Made by a program: the position numbers and the translations under genes | Notes under the pieces: generated by a model | Told to the model about the DNA's origin: nothing | The model's input: only the letters and a program-made list of their open reading frames with translations | Databases searched by the model: none | NCBI GenBank assembly: GCA_036679605.1 | Contig: JAZDCZ010000419.1 | Location: 96,001 to 160,000 of the forward strand | DNA from: Gemmatimonadota bacterium | Lineage (GTDB): Bacteria > Gemmatimonadota > Gemmatimonadetes > Gemmatimonadales > GWC2-71-9 | Reading direction: 5' to 3' | DNA: 64,000 nt | Part shown: positions 50,042-61,203 of the stretch, one piece after another | Layout of the letters: each line of letters opens with the position of its first letter | Numbering within the stretch: the stretch's first letter is position 1

Positions 50042-53000
50042 GTGTTTGAGAACGTCTTCGAAACTGTAAATTCGGGCTTCGTGCAAGCACTGTACGAAGA
50101 CTATCTCCGCGACTCAACGTCAGTGCCTTCGGAGTGGAGGGAGTTGTTCAACGCTGGACTCCACGGAGAAGCTCCTATTGAAACGCCCAACAAGGCGGCT
50201 GTTGCGCCACCGTCAGCGACGCGGTCGCAGAGCCCCATAGTAGGGCCTGCCCTCCGACTGCTAGAAAACATGGAGGCGAGCCTTGCGGTCCCAACAGCCA
50301 CGTCCTTTCGCGACATAGACGCCGCCAAACTTTGGGCCACTCGAAAAGCTCTGAATGAGGCTCTTCAGGCCCAGAGCAAGAAACTCTCGTTTACGCACCT
50401 CATTGGGTGGGCCATCGTCCGTGCCGCACAAGCGTACCCCACTATGACCCACGCAGTAGCGGAAGTAGAGGGTGTGCCACACCGAATCGACTCTGGAGTG
50501 TTGAATCTTGGTCTTGCAGTAGATGTCGAGGGCAAGGACGGCAAACGCAAACTCCTCGTACCCGTAATCAAGAACGCAGCGGCCGGGTCGTTTGGTGATT
50601 TTCACCAGGAGTACGAACGACTGGTCGCCGGTGCCCGTGCTAACAAGCTCCTGCCCGATTCGTTCATGGGCGGCACGATCACGCTCACAAATCCAGGGAC
50701 GATAGGTACCGTGGCTTCGGTGCCCCGGCTGATGAAGGGGCAGGGCTCCATAGTCGCAACGGGCGCCATCCAAACGAACTCCGGTATCAAGGTCATGACG
50801 CTCACGAGCACATACGACCACCGGATCATCCAAGGCGCCGAGTCGGGCTTGTTCTTGCAACTCATCGATAGACTGCTGCAAGGCGAGGAGGGGTTCTACG
50901 ACGAAGTCGCTGACTCAATGAATGTCGCGCTGGCCGACGCCCCAGCGATTCCTACGATTGCCCCTGAATCTCCCACGGCTGCGCTTATCCCAAGTGCGGA
51001 GTCCAAGAGTGCCTACTGGCTGTTGCCCCACGTCGCGGCAGCGATGTCCATAGTGAAGGCGCACCGTACACACGGCTACTTGGCCGCAAGTCTCGATCCT
51101 TTGGGCCGTCCAGCAGTGGGCGATCCGGCACTGCGTCCAGAGGAACTAGGTCTAACACCCGAAATAATGCACCGGATCCCTGCCGACGTGCTGCGCGTCT
51201 ACGTCGAGGGTAACACGATGGCTGAGGTCCTGCCTCGGCTACAGGAAGTCTACAGCGGCAGCATCGCCTATGAGATAGAGCACATAGGAAGCCACCAGCA
51301 ACGTTTGTGGCTCCGCGAAGTAATAGAATCGGGAAGACATCGCACCGATCTTACCGACGATGAGCGGCGGGAGTTACTCACCAGCCTAATTCGGACTTCC
51401 ACTTTCGAGCGCTTCCTGCAACGAACTTATCTGGGGCAGAAGCGTTTTGGGATCGAGGGACTGGACATGCTCGTTCCGATCCTCGAGTTGGCGCTGCGGA
51501 TGGCAGGGCGGCAGGGAGCACGCGACGTGGTCATGGGGATGGCGCATCGAGGGCGACTCAACGTTCTGACCCAGATAGTAGGTGTGCCGTACCAATCGGT
51601 ATTGGCCGAGTTCGAAGGCGGATGCGACATTCAGGATACTCTGGCCACGGGACGCGGTACCGGCGATGTGAAGTATCACTACGGTGCAAGCGGCGCGTAC
51701 AAGGTAGTGAAGGGTGACGAGGTCTATGTCGTGCTCATGCCGAATCCGAGCCACCTAGAGGCGGTCAATCCTGTGGTTGAAGGGCACGTCCGCGCAAATC
51801 AGACCGATCGGTCGGGCAAGGAGATCACTCACGACCCGAACTGTGTGGTGCCGATCCTCATGCACGGCGACGCGGCCTTCGCTGCCCAGGGAGTGGTGGC
51901 CGAGACGTTGAACCTTGCATGTCTCGAGGGTTATGACACCGGAGGTACGCTGCATATCATCTGCAACAATCAGATTGGGTTCACGACCGACCCGACACAA
52001 GCGCGTTCCACCGAATTTTCGAGTGACTTGGCCAAGGGTTTCGACATCCCGATCGTCCACATCAACGCCGATGACCCGGAAGCATGTCTGGCGGCTGTGC
52101 GGCTGGCCATGATGTACCGTGCGAAGTGGCACGACGATTGTGTGATCGATCTAATCGGATATCGGCGACTGGGCCACAATGAAGGCGACGAGCCGCGATA
52201 TACCCAGCCGCTAACCTACGCCCGCATCGACTCGCATCCAGAAGTCACCGATATATACGCCAAGCAACTCATTGCGGCCAACATCGTGACTGAGGACGAC
52301 GTCGAGCGACAGAAGCAGGATCGATATCAGGAGTTGGCCCGCGCACACGAAGCGCTCAAGAGCGAAAAGAGCCTAGATCACAGCGAAGATTTGGTTCGAC
52401 CGAGCGGAGAGTGGCGGATGGTATCTGAGCCTGTCACTGCCGTCAGCGCAGATACACTACGCCAGCTCAGCGAGGAACTCTTGCGAGTCCCAGATGGATT
52501 CACGATCAACTCCAAGCTAAAGAGAGTACTCGAACGGCGCCCCAGGGCGTTCGAAGAGGGTGGAGGATTCGATTGGGCACACGCCGAGGCTCTTGCCCTG
52601 AGTTCGATGTTGGTCGAGGGTGATTCCGTTAGAATGGTAGGCCAGGATGTCGAGCGGGGAACTTTCAGCCAGCGTCACTTGCGCTTCCACGACTCCAAGA
52701 CAGGCGAGACCTATGCTCCGATCCAGCACCTTACCGGGTCACAAGCGCCGTTCGAACTCCATAATAGCCCGCTTTCCGAATATGCTGCGCTCGGCTTTGA
52801 GTACGGATACAGCGTAGCTGCTACAGAGACCATCGTGATGTGGGAAGCACAATTCGGCGACTTTGTGAACGGCGCAGAGATAATAATCGATCAGTTCATC
52901 ATTGCTGGGCTCGCAAAATGGGGGGAGACGTCCAGGCTGGTCCTCCTTCTACCACACGGCTACGAGGGACAGGGACCGGAACATTCGAGTGCCCGGCTCG

Positions 53001-53596
53001 AAAGGTTTCTCGCTCTCGGAGTAGAGGGCAACATTCGGGTAGCTAATTGCTCGACGCCAGCCCAGTACTTTCACCTGTTGCGCAGACAGGCCAAGCATCT
53101 GCAACTCAGGCCTCTCATCCTCATGACACCCAAGAGTCTTCTGCGACATCCGAGGGCCGTTTCACCGCTATCTGATCTCACAGCAGGGGTGTTCCAATTT
53201 GTGCTCGATGATCCAACCATTCCCGGTTCGCGCGACGAGGTGACGCGCATAGTTTTCTGCACTGGAAAAATCTACTATGATACCGTCACAGCCCAGGAGC
53301 GTAGTAGAGCAAAGCATGTGGCCGTAGCCCGGATAGAACTGCTTTACCCGTTTCCGACGCAGGAAGTGGACACTCTGATCGCCAACTACCCCAACGTTCG
53401 CGAGTTCGTATGGCTGCAGGAGGAACCCACCAACATGGGTGCTCGTAAGTGGATAGTCCCTAAGCTGGAGCGGCTCGCCGCTAACGATGTTGCTGTCAGG
53501 TACGTCGCGCGCCCAGAACGATCGAGCCCGGCCGAGGGGTACCTGAAGCGACACCAGAGCGAGCAGGCGCGGCTCGTAGGCGATGCCCTGTCGTGA
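50042..53596 (+). CDS. sucA: 2-oxoglutarate dehydrogenase E1 fused to an E2 acyltransferase domain (Kgd/OdhA-like)
   Basis: N-terminal acyltransferase (TYDHRIIQGAESG), then GMAHRGRLN, HGDAAFAAQG, WEAQFGDF, HGYEGQGPEHSS. Confidence 0.92.
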   Translation: MFENVFETVNSGFVQALYEDYLRDSTSVPSEWRELFNAGLHGEAPIETPNKAAVAPPSATRSQSPIVGPALRLLENMEASLAVPTATSFRDIDAAKLWATRKALNEALQAQSKKLSFTHLIGWAIVRAAQAYPTMTHAVAEVEGVPHRIDSGVLNLGLAVDVEGKDGKRKLLVPVIKNAAAGSFGDFHQEYERLVAGARANKLLPDSFMGGTITLTNPGTIGTVASVPRLMKGQGSIVATGAIQTNSGIKVMTLTSTYDHRIIQGAESGLFLQLIDRLLQGEEGFYDEVADSMNVALADAPAIPTIAPESPTAALIPSAESKSAYWLLPHVAAAMSIVKAHRTHGYLAASLDPLGRPAVGDPALRPEELGLTPEIMHRIPADVLRVYVEGNTMAEVLPRLQEVYSGSIAYEIEHIGSHQQRLWLREVIESGRHRTDLTDDERRELLTSLIRTSTFERFLQRTYLGQKRFGIEGLDMLVPILELALRMAGRQGARDVVMGMAHRGRLNVLTQIVGVPYQSVLAEFEGGCDIQDTLATGRGTGDVKYHYGASGAYKVVKGDEVYVVLMPNPSHLEAVNPVVEGHVRANQTDRSGKEITHDPNCVVPILMHGDAAFAAQGVVAETLNLACLEGYDTGGTLHIICNNQIGFTTDPTQARSTEFSSDLAKGFDIPIVHINADDPEACLAAVRLAMMYRAKWHDDCVIDLIGYRRLGHNEGDEPRYTQPLTYARIDSHPEVTDIYAKQLIAANIVTEDDVERQKQDRYQELARAHEALKSEKSLDHSEDLVRPSGEWRMVSEPVTAVSADTLRQLSEELLRVPDGFTINSKLKRVLERRPRAFEEGGGFDWAHAEALALSSMLVEGDSVRMVGQDVERGTFSQRHLRFHDSKTGETYAPIQHLTGSQAPFELHNSPLSEYAALGFEYGYSVAATETIVMWEAQFGDFVNGAEIIIDQFIIAGLAKWGETSRLVLLLPHGYEGQGPEHSSARLERFLALGVEGNIRVANCSTPAQYFHLLRRQAKHLQLRPLILMTPKSLLRHPRAVSPLSDLTAGVFQFVLDDPTIPGSRDEVTRIVFCTGKIYYDTVTAQERSRAKHVAVARIELLYPFPTQEVDTLIANYPNVREFVWLQEEPTNMGARKWIVPKLERLAANDVAVRYVARPERSSPAEGYLKRHQSEQARLVGDALS

Positions 53597-54165
53597 TTCT
53601 CTTGACGATCGTCAGGATGGTGGTCTTTGTGATCTTCGCATTGAGTGCCGTCGTCGCAGTCGGGTCATGGGCAGTGCGATCTCGCCGGATAGATCCTTTC
53701 AGTTCCGTCGGACAGTTGACGCGCAGGTTCACCGATCCTGTGATACAGCCATTCGAACGCTGGATACTGCAACGAGGCGGAAATCCGCAGAGCGCACCCT
53801 GGTGGGTGTTGGGAACGAGCGTCGTCGGTGGAATCGTCGCGGTCACATTCAGTCAGTGGCTTGTCGTCCAAGTGCTCCGGGCCGCCGCCGCAGGAGCAGC
53901 CGGACCGAAGGGCATATTGTGGCTCATAGTCCTTTATTCCGGCCAATTCATATCGTTCGCACTGTTCGCCCGCGTGATCGGCTCCTGGTTCGGCGTCGGC
54001 CGCTACAATCGGTGGATGAGACCCGCCTACGCTCTAACCGACTGGCTGGTCGAACCGTTGCGCAGAATCATCCCACCCTTCGGCATGATCGACGCGACTC
54101 CCCTCGTTGCATGGTTCCTTTTGCAGTTTCTCATCATGCCGTTGTTGCTCAACATCCTGCGATGA
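53593..54165 (+). CDS. yggT: YggT-family membrane protein
   Basis: Two YggT repeats (FTDPVIQPF; LTDWLVEPLRRIIPPFGMIDATPLV). Confidence 0.85.
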   Translation: MILLTIVRMVVFVIFALSAVVAVGSWAVRSRRIDPFSSVGQLTRRFTDPVIQPFERWILQRGGNPQSAPWWVLGTSVVGGIVAVTFSQWLVVQVLRAAAAGAAGPKGILWLIVLYSGQFISFALFARVIGSWFGVGRYNRWMRPAYALTDWLVEPLRRIIPPFGMIDATPLVAWFLLQFLIMPLLLNILR

Positions 54166-54443
54166 GCCCCGCGACGCCGACGGCGCTGTGGGTACACGTG
54201 CAGCCGCGAGCCAAAAAGACGGAAGTCACTGGATGGTACGGAGACGCCGTCAAGATCAGAGTTCACGCACCGCCGGTAGATGGGGCAGCAAACGACGAAC
54301 TTGTTAGGTTCATCGCGAAACGAACTGGCTTACCACGCAGCTCAGTCTCAATCGTCAGCGGTGCTGCGGGCAGGAGGAAGCTCGTCACCGTGGCAGGCCT
54401 GAAGACCAACGACGTTCTGGACGCCCTGGGACTGGGACATTGA
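54162..54443 (+). CDS. yggU: DUF167/YggU protein
   Basis: VHVQPRAKK...APPVDGAANDEL...GAAGRRK. Confidence 0.88.
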   Translation: MSPATPTALWVHVQPRAKKTEVTGWYGDAVKIRVHAPPVDGAANDELVRFIAKRTGLPRSSVSIVSGAAGRRKLVTVAGLKTNDVLDALGLGH

Positions 54444-54503
54444 ACCCAAACCTCTTCCGCTTTGCCGGCCGAGCCCATATATTTGTCTGCAACAACTGAG
54501 TAA

Positions 54504-54555
54504 CGTGGTGATTTGCAGCGTATTGCGGCCACGCTAAACAAGTCGCTAAAAAGCT
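54504..54555 (+). ncRNA. SAM-II (SAM-alpha type) riboswitch
   Basis: CGTGG TGATTTG CAGCGTA TTGCGG CCACG CTAAA CAAGTCG CTAAAAAG: P1 stem, pseudoknot TGATTTG/CAAGTCG and GCTAAA tail; directly upstream of metH. Confidence 0.8.
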
Positions 54556-54556
54556 C

Positions 54557-54589
54557 GCCCCGATGCCCACAAGCGACGGGGCTTTTTTT
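54557..54589 (+). terminator. Intrinsic terminator (riboswitch expression platform)
   Basis: GCCCCG-N14-CGGGGC followed by T7, 20 nt before the metH start. Confidence 0.7.
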
Positions 54590-54609
54590 ATCTACCAGAC
54601 GGAATTGCC

Positions 54610-57600
54610 GTGGAAACAATTACAGATCGCATAGAGATGCTGCGCAGTTGTGTCGAAGATCGCATTCTGGTACTCGATGGTGCGATGGGTACGATGATCC
54701 AACGCTACGAATTGGATGAATCAGACTTCAGAGGCGAGCGATTCAGTGATCATGCCACTTCCCTCAAGGGTAACAACGATCTGCTCTCACTGACCCGCCC
54801 GGATGTGATTGAAGCAATTCATCGCGCATATCTCACAGCCGGCGCCGACATTCTAGAAACCAACACTTTCAACGGTACGGCTATATCGCAATCCGACTAC
54901 AACGTCCAATCCGCGGTACGGGACATCAATGTTGCCGCCGCAAGCATCGCACGTAGAGTGGCGGACGAGTTCACGGATATGCAGCCAGACAAGCCTCGCT
55001 TCGTGGCGGGTAGTATCGGACCGACGAACCGCACAGCATCCATGTCGCCTGACGTCAACAACCCAGCGTTTAGGAACACGACGTTCGACGACCTCGTGGT
55101 TGCATACACTGAGCAGGCAAGGGCGTTGATCGACGGTGGCGTCGACCTGCTACTGATTGAGACAGTGTTCGATACACTGAATTGCAAGGCGGCCATATTT
55201 GCCGTCCGGCAGTTACTGGACAACGGCGGTGGCGACGGTCCACTAGTTTGGATTTCCGGAACTATCACCGACGCCAGTGGTCGCACATTGTCCGGTCAAA
55301 CAACAGAGGCATTCTGGTATTCCATAAGCCACGCCAATCTGTTCAGTGTAGGACTCAATTGCGCACTCGGTGCCAAGGATCTACGACCGTACGTGGAGGA
55401 ACTCTCGTCTATCAGCGATACATACGTGAGTTGTCATCCGAACGCCGGACTGCCCAACGAGTTCGGCCAATACGAACAGGAGCCTGACGAAATTGCCGAG
55501 ACGTTGCGGGAATTTGCGCGTAGCGGATTTCTGAATATTGTGGGCGGATGCTGTGGTACCACCCCGGATCACATAGAGGCAATAGCGCAGGCAGTAGCTG
55601 ACGTAACTCCTAGACCGATACCCACCATTGAACCTCTCACGCGTCTCAGCGGCCTCGAGCCACTCGTGATCGGTCCCGACAGTCTCTTTGTCAACATAGG
55701 GGAGCGCACCAACGTCACCGGCTCGTCTCGATTCGAGTCATTGATCAAGGATGGAGACTATGAGACTGCGCTCGAGGTAGCCCGCCAGCAGGTCAGCAAC
55801 GGTGCCCAGATGATTGACATCAACATGGACGAAGGTCTGCTGGATTCCGAGAAAGTCATGGTGGACTTCCTGAACTTGATAGCCGCAGAACCTGATATCT
55901 GCAGGGTGCCTATTGTCCTAGACTCGTCGAAGTGGAGTGTGATCGAGGCTGGCCTCAAATGCGTGCAGGGCAAATGCGTCGTCAACTCGATCAGCCTCAA
56001 AGAGGGAGAGGATTCCTTCATCGAACACGCCCGACAAGTCCGGCAGTATGGTGCAGCAGTGATCGTGATGGCCTTTGATGAACAAGGCCAGGCTGACACA
56101 GCCGATCGCAAAGTCGCAATCTGTGAGCGCGCACATCGTATCCTAGTCGAACGCGTAGGCTTCAAACCGCAAGACATAGTCTTCGATCCCAACATTTTTG
56201 CAGTAGCCACCGGAATCGAGGAGCACAACGATTATGCGATGGCCTACATCGAGGCCTGTAGACAAATAAAGCAGAAACTGCCCAACAGCCTGGTGAGCGG
56301 CGGTGTCAGCAACCTTTCTTTTTCATTTCGCGGCAACAATGCGGTTCGCGAGGCGATGCACGCGTCGTTTCTCTATCATGCAATCGGCGCCGGCATGGAT
56401 ATGGGAATAGTCAATGCAGGACAACTAACCATCTATGACGACGTTCCCAAGGAACTATTGACGGCGGTCGAGGACGTTCTCTTCAACCGCAGTCCGGATG
56501 CAACAGACCGGCTCACCGATATTGCCACCCGTGTGCAGGGAACTACCAAGACCAAGGAAGCAGATCTAGAATGGCGGCAAAAAGGTGTCGAGCAAAGACT
56601 CTCGCACGCACTGGTCGAAGGAATCCTCGATTTCATAGTGGAGGACACCGAGGAGGCCCGTCAGGCATGCGAACACGCAGTCCAAGTAATCGAAGGTCCA
56701 CTCATGGATGGCATGAGCATCGTCGGCGACCTGTTCGGGAGCGGTAAGATGTTCCTGCCTCAGGTAGTCAAGAGCGCTAGGGTGATGAAGAAGGCCGTAG
56801 CACATCTAGTCCCCTATATTGAGAGCGAAAAGGCGGGAACGGGCGCAGGGATTTCTAGGGGCAAACTAGTACTAGCTACGGTCAAGGGAGATGTCCACGA
56901 CATCGGCAAGAACATCGTGGCTGTCGTGTTGGGTTGTAACAACTACGATGTAGTAGACCTGGGTGTCATGGTACCCGCAACCAAGATCCTGGCGACTGCG
57001 CGGGAGGTCGGCGCGGATATCATTGGGCTCAGCGGGCTCATAACACCATCCCTAGACGAGATGGTACACGTAGCAAAGGAAATGCAACGTGAAGGCTTCG
57101 ACATCCCGCTCTTGATCGGCGGTGCAACTACTTCCAAGGTTCATACCGCGGTCAAGATCGAACAAGGGTATAACGGGCCTACCGTGTATGTCGAGGATGC
57201 GTCACGCAGCGTGGGAGTGGTGGGAAGTCTACTCAGCAAAGACAAGCGTGATGAATTCGTCCAGAAGACCGCGACTCGCTACGCGGGAATTCGGGATTCA
57301 TATGGCGATCGAGTGAGCCGTACCAGGCTCATTCCCATAGGCACAGCGCGCCAACGAAAAATGCAAATTGACTGGAGCAACTACGAACCGGTAACTCCCA
57401 ACCTCGTGGGCACCCAACCGATAGATGACTGCAGGCTTGCAGATCTGGTCAACTACATCGACTGGTCACCATTTTTCAAGGTCTGGGAACTGCGTGGTAA
57501 CTACCCGGATATCTTGGATGATCCGAAGACCGGGACCGAAGCCAAAAAACTGCTTGATGACGCTAGGGAACTCCTGCAACAAATCGTTGAGCAGGAGATG

Positions 57601-58320
57601 CTCCTTCCTCGTGGCGTCGTGGGCATTTTCCCGGCCAACGCAAGGACAGATGATATCGAAATCTATGCCGACGACTCCCGATCCCAGGTCCGCGGCGTAA
57701 TTCACAACCTTCGGCAGCAGATAGACAAACCGCCCGGACGAGCCAATTATTGCCTCACCGATTTCATTGCGCCACGAGAGAGCAACGTCCAAGATTTCAT
57801 CGGCGCCTTTGCTGTGACCGCGGGTAACGGCATCGACGAGCTGTGTGCCAGATTCGAACGCGAATACGACGATTATAACAGTATCATGGCCAAGGCCCTC
57901 GCAGATCGGTTGGCTGAGGCCTTTGCTGAGCGGTTACACGAGCGTGTCCGTTGCGAACTGTGGGGCTATGCCTCTGCCGAATCGCTTTCCAACGAACAGC
58001 TCATCGGGGCGAAGTACCTCGGCATCCGCCCCGCCCCCGGTTATCCTGCGTGCCCCGACCACCGAGAGAAACGAATCTTGTTCGAACTACTCGATGTGAC
58101 GACACACAGCGGTATTACGCTCACAGAGAGTTGCGCGATGCTGCCGGCCGCATCAGTAAGCGGGTGGTATTACGCCAATCCAGAGTCGCTCTATTTCGGA
58201 CTTGGGAAGATCAATCGCGATCAAGTGGTTGAGTATGCCGGACGCACCGGAACGGGAGTACTCGAAGTAGAGCAATGGCTCGCACCCAATCTCGGTTACG
58301 ACGAGACTGAGGAGCGATGA
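54610..58320 (+). CDS. metH: Cobalamin-dependent methionine synthase
   Basis: [50 protein letters not shown]; 1236 aa. Confidence 0.97.
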   Translation: METITDRIEMLRSCVEDRILVLDGAMGTMIQRYELDESDFRGERFSDHATSLKGNNDLLSLTRPDVIEAIHRAYLTAGADILETNTFNGTAISQSDYNVQSAVRDINVAAASIARRVADEFTDMQPDKPRFVAGSIGPTNRTASMSPDVNNPAFRNTTFDDLVVAYTEQARALIDGGVDLLLIETVFDTLNCKAAIFAVRQLLDNGGGDGPLVWISGTITDASGRTLSGQTTEAFWYSISHANLFSVGLNCALGAKDLRPYVEELSSISDTYVSCHPNAGLPNEFGQYEQEPDEIAETLREFARSGFLNIVGGCCGTTPDHIEAIAQAVADVTPRPIPTIEPLTRLSGLEPLVIGPDSLFVNIGERTNVTGSSRFESLIKDGDYETALEVARQQVSNGAQMIDINMDEGLLDSEKVMVDFLNLIAAEPDICRVPIVLDSSKWSVIEAGLKCVQGKCVVNSISLKEGEDSFIEHARQVRQYGAAVIVMAFDEQGQADTADRKVAICERAHRILVERVGFKPQDIVFDPNIFAVATGIEEHNDYAMAYIEACRQIKQKLPNSLVSGGVSNLSFSFRGNNAVREAMHASFLYHAIGAGMDMGIVNAGQLTIYDDVPKELLTAVEDVLFNRSPDATDRLTDIATRVQGTTKTKEADLEWRQKGVEQRLSHALVEGILDFIVEDTEEARQACEHAVQVIEGPLMDGMSIVGDLFGSGKMFLPQVVKSARVMKKAVAHLVPYIESEKAGTGAGISRGKLVLATVKGDVHDIGKNIVAVVLGCNNYDVVDLGVMVPATKILATAREVGADIIGLSGLITPSLDEMVHVAKEMQREGFDIPLLIGGATTSKVHTAVKIEQGYNGPTVYVEDASRSVGVVGSLLSKDKRDEFVQKTATRYAGIRDSYGDRVSRTRLIPIGTARQRKMQIDWSNYEPVTPNLVGTQPIDDCRLADLVNYIDWSPFFKVWELRGNYPDILDDPKTGTEAKKLLDDARELLQQIVEQEMLLPRGVVGIFPANARTDDIEIYADDSRSQVRGVIHNLRQQIDKPPGRANYCLTDFIAPRESNVQDFIGAFAVTAGNGIDELCARFEREYDDYNSIMAKALADRLAEAFAERLHERVRCELWGYASAESLSNEQLIGAKYLGIRPAPGYPACPDHREKRILFELLDVTTHSGITLTESCAMLPAASVSGWYYANPESLYFGLGKINRDQVVEYAGRTGTGVLEVEQWLAPNLGYDETEER

Positions 58321-58324
58321 AACA

Positions 58325-60163
58325 GTGAGCAACATACTGTCAGACCTGCTATCGGATGGCCGCGTCCATGTGATGGACGGCGCTATGGGGACAGAACTCT
58401 ACAACAGGGGCGTATTCGTCAACATCTGCTATGACGAATTGAACCTAACCAATCCGGATCTCGTCCGGGCGGTTCACGAAGAGTATGTCGCTGCCGGCGC
58501 GGAGATAATCGAAACCAACACCTTCGGCGCCAACCCGGTAAAGCTTTCAGGATTCAACCTGGATGATCGCACCGAAGAGATAAACCGCGCAGCCGCCAAG
58601 CTCGCCATCGGCGCTGCCACTAGGAACGTGGCGGTACTAGGAGCGGTTGGACCACTCGGAATCCGGATAGAACCGTACGGACCGACATCTCGAGACGAGG
58701 CAGTTGAACTTTTCAATCGGCAAGTTCAAGGTCTAATTGAAGGTGGAGTTCACGGGTTCGTTCTGGAGACATTCTCGGATCTTGACGAGATCCATGCTGC
58801 TTACAGAGCTGTCCGAGAGCTATCCGACCTCCCAATTATCTCCCAAATGTCATTCGGCGACGACGGCAACACTTCCTACGGTACGAGCGTCGAGACTGCA
58901 GCCCGCAAGCTAGCAGATTGGGGCGCCGATGTCGTTGGACTCAATTGCTCGGTGGGCCCTGCCGCAATGCTTGACGGTGTTGTGAGGATGGCACAGGTGA
59001 CAGATCTTCCGATTTCGGTTCAGCCCAACGCGGGACTGCCGCGAAACGTAGGTGATCGCAAGATCTATCTGGCAGCTCCGGAGTATATGGCTCGGTACGC
59101 CGCGCGGATGATCGAAGCAGGGGCCCGCTACGTTGGTGGATGCTGCGGAACTACCCCTGACCATGTTAAGACGATCGCAAACTTCGTGGCCAGCGTTCAA
59201 CCTCGCCAGACATCGGCCTACGTCTCGCGTGAGGACACAGAGACACCAGTCGGCGTAACATCAATCCCACTCGAGCAACGCTCCAAGTGGGGAGAGAAGA
59301 TTGCCACTGGCAAATTCGTTACAAGCGTCGAGGTAATTCCGCCTCGCGGCTGGGCGGCAGAGACAATGTTGGAGCAATGTCGACTGCTCAAGGGCGCAGG
59401 CGTAGACGCGGTGACTGTGCTGGACGGCCCCAGGGCACAAAGCCGAATGGGCGTTCTTCCGTCTGCCATCATCATCGAGCGCGAAGTCGGTATAGAAGTC
59501 GTCATGTCGTACACGTGCAGAGACCGCAATATGCTTGGAATGATAAGCGACTTATTGGGTGCCGCAGCGGCAGGACTGCACAACATCGTCATCGTGACCG
59601 GCGATCCTCCTTTGATTGGACCGTACGGTTCCACGGGAGTGTTCGACATCGACAGCATCGGCCTCACAAATGTCGTCTACCAACTGAATCACGGTCTAGA
59701 CCCCGGTGGTAACGCGATAGGGGAGGCCACCGAGTACGCGATTGGCGTCGGGGTTAATCCGTGTGCAGTGGATATGGAACGCGAGTTGAATCGGCTCGCT
59801 TGGAAGGTAGATGCCGGTGCCGAATTCGCCATTACTCAGCCAATCTTCGATGTTCCCGGTTTCGAGGTTTTTCTGCAAAGCGTCGAGGGTCATGGAATCC
59901 CCATCATCGCCGGCATCTGGCCACTGCGTTCACTGCGAGGTGCAGAGTTTCTCGCCAACGAGGTGCCAGGAGTCGTCGTACCGGAGTTCGTCCTCAATAG
60001 AATGCATTCGGCGCAGGAAGCGGGTCCGGAATCCGCAGCTGCCGAAGGCTTGGCTATTGCGATGGAGGTCCTTGCGCAGGTAAGAAAATCAGCACAAGGA
60101 GTGCAAGTGAGCGCGCCGGCGGGGAACACCGAATTCGCGCTTCGGGTGCTAGACGGAGAGTGA
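58325..60163 (+). CDS. yitJ: Bifunctional homocysteine S-methyltransferase / methylenetetrahydrofolate reductase
   Basis: [25 protein letters not shown], then MTHFR domain TCRDRN, KVDAGAEFAITQPIFD. Confidence 0.9.
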   Translation: MSNILSDLLSDGRVHVMDGAMGTELYNRGVFVNICYDELNLTNPDLVRAVHEEYVAAGAEIIETNTFGANPVKLSGFNLDDRTEEINRAAAKLAIGAATRNVAVLGAVGPLGIRIEPYGPTSRDEAVELFNRQVQGLIEGGVHGFVLETFSDLDEIHAAYRAVRELSDLPIISQMSFGDDGNTSYGTSVETAARKLADWGADVVGLNCSVGPAAMLDGVVRMAQVTDLPISVQPNAGLPRNVGDRKIYLAAPEYMARYAARMIEAGARYVGGCCGTTPDHVKTIANFVASVQPRQTSAYVSREDTETPVGVTSIPLEQRSKWGEKIATGKFVTSVEVIPPRGWAAETMLEQCRLLKGAGVDAVTVLDGPRAQSRMGVLPSAIIIEREVGIEVVMSYTCRDRNMLGMISDLLGAAAAGLHNIVIVTGDPPLIGPYGSTGVFDIDSIGLTNVVYQLNHGLDPGGNAIGEATEYAIGVGVNPCAVDMERELNRLAWKVDAGAEFAITQPIFDVPGFEVFLQSVEGHGIPIIAGIWPLRSLRGAEFLANEVPGVVVPEFVLNRMHSAQEAGPESAAAEGLAIAMEVLAQVRKSAQGVQVSAPAGNTEFALRVLDGE

Positions 60164-61033
60164 GTCGTTCGTCAGCGCCGACAGAATGCTCTCGTAGCGG
60201 CGATATACGTGACGAAATCCTAGGTTGCTAAGGTAGATCTTCTGGGCTCCTACATCGCGCAGGGAGCGTATTGTAAGAGCGCAAATTTCTTCGGCAGTAA
60301 AACCAGATTCGAAATCGCGCGCGATGCCGCGAGCCGGCACGGGGAAATAGTTGCTCAACCGCTCGAGCGTCTTCGGGTTGGCACTCCGATAATAGAACAC
60401 ACCGAAAACACCTGGGTACGGTACTTCACGTCGTGCGGCCTCGGCCAGAAATTGCTCTACTTGGCTGATAGTGTGGTGTGAAACAATCTGGGTCAGGTAA
60501 AATTCTGCCGTGTAATCGTCGCGGAGCACAAAATCGACCTGCTCTGAAGGATCCCGATGAGTATTCACCCACCCCCCCAACCTGAGAGACGGAACTTGCT
60601 CTCTTATGGCTCGCCGAAGCTCAAACGCATGCGGCACACAACGTGGTGCTCCTAGCGATTTGTCCCCTCCCAAAACTGCCAGGGCACGTATGCCCCGCGA
60701 CGCAGCCCTCTTGGCATACATCAAACAGTAGTCCAGCGAGTGCTTACAGGTCAAAAACGGCACTACCTTCGCCGGATCGAGTTCGCCGGCAAGGTTCGTG
60801 GTCAGGTGTTGAAGATTCTCCTCTTCGGACTGCCCGACCGCATTGTCCGTGATGAGGACAAGGGTATCGTCAGCGGCGAGCCGGCGAAGGGAGTGATGCA
60901 TGTCGATCCACGTATCCATACTATCGGCAGTCGACAGGTCCGCACGCGGTGGACGCAGCTCGACCGAGATCAGGGGATCCTGGCCTGCAAGCCCGTCCAA
61001 CGGTTCTGCCCGAGCCGAGTTAGGGATCGTCAT
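60149..61033 (-). CDS. Divergent MTHFR-fold protein
   Basis: ISVELRPP, ITDNAVG, VPFLTC, LAVLGGD, FYLTQIV align with MTHFR core motifs. Confidence 0.6.
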   Translation of the reverse strand: MTIPNSARAEPLDGLAGQDPLISVELRPPRADLSTADSMDTWIDMHHSLRRLAADDTLVLITDNAVGQSEEENLQHLTTNLAGELDPAKVVPFLTCKHSLDYCLMYAKRAASRGIRALAVLGGDKSLGAPRCVPHAFELRRAIREQVPSLRLGGWVNTHRDPSEQVDFVLRDDYTAEFYLTQIVSHHTISQVEQFLAEAARREVPYPGVFGVFYYRSANPKTLERLSNYFPVPARGIARDFESGFTAEEICALTIRSLRDVGAQKIYLSNLGFRHVYRRYESILSALTNDSLSV

Positions 61034-61203
61034 GGGCAGAAGAAGGTACACCTTGTAGGGCTACCGCGCCACGAGATCTACAGCAATACGCGCTGCGGTT
61101 GCCAGCACCCGCCCAAGGCACCATTTTTGCTTCCCGTTGGAACCGATTACCCTTAACAGGGGTTCAAGGCTTGAAGCCCACAGACGATAGGCGGAGGGTA
61201 GAT

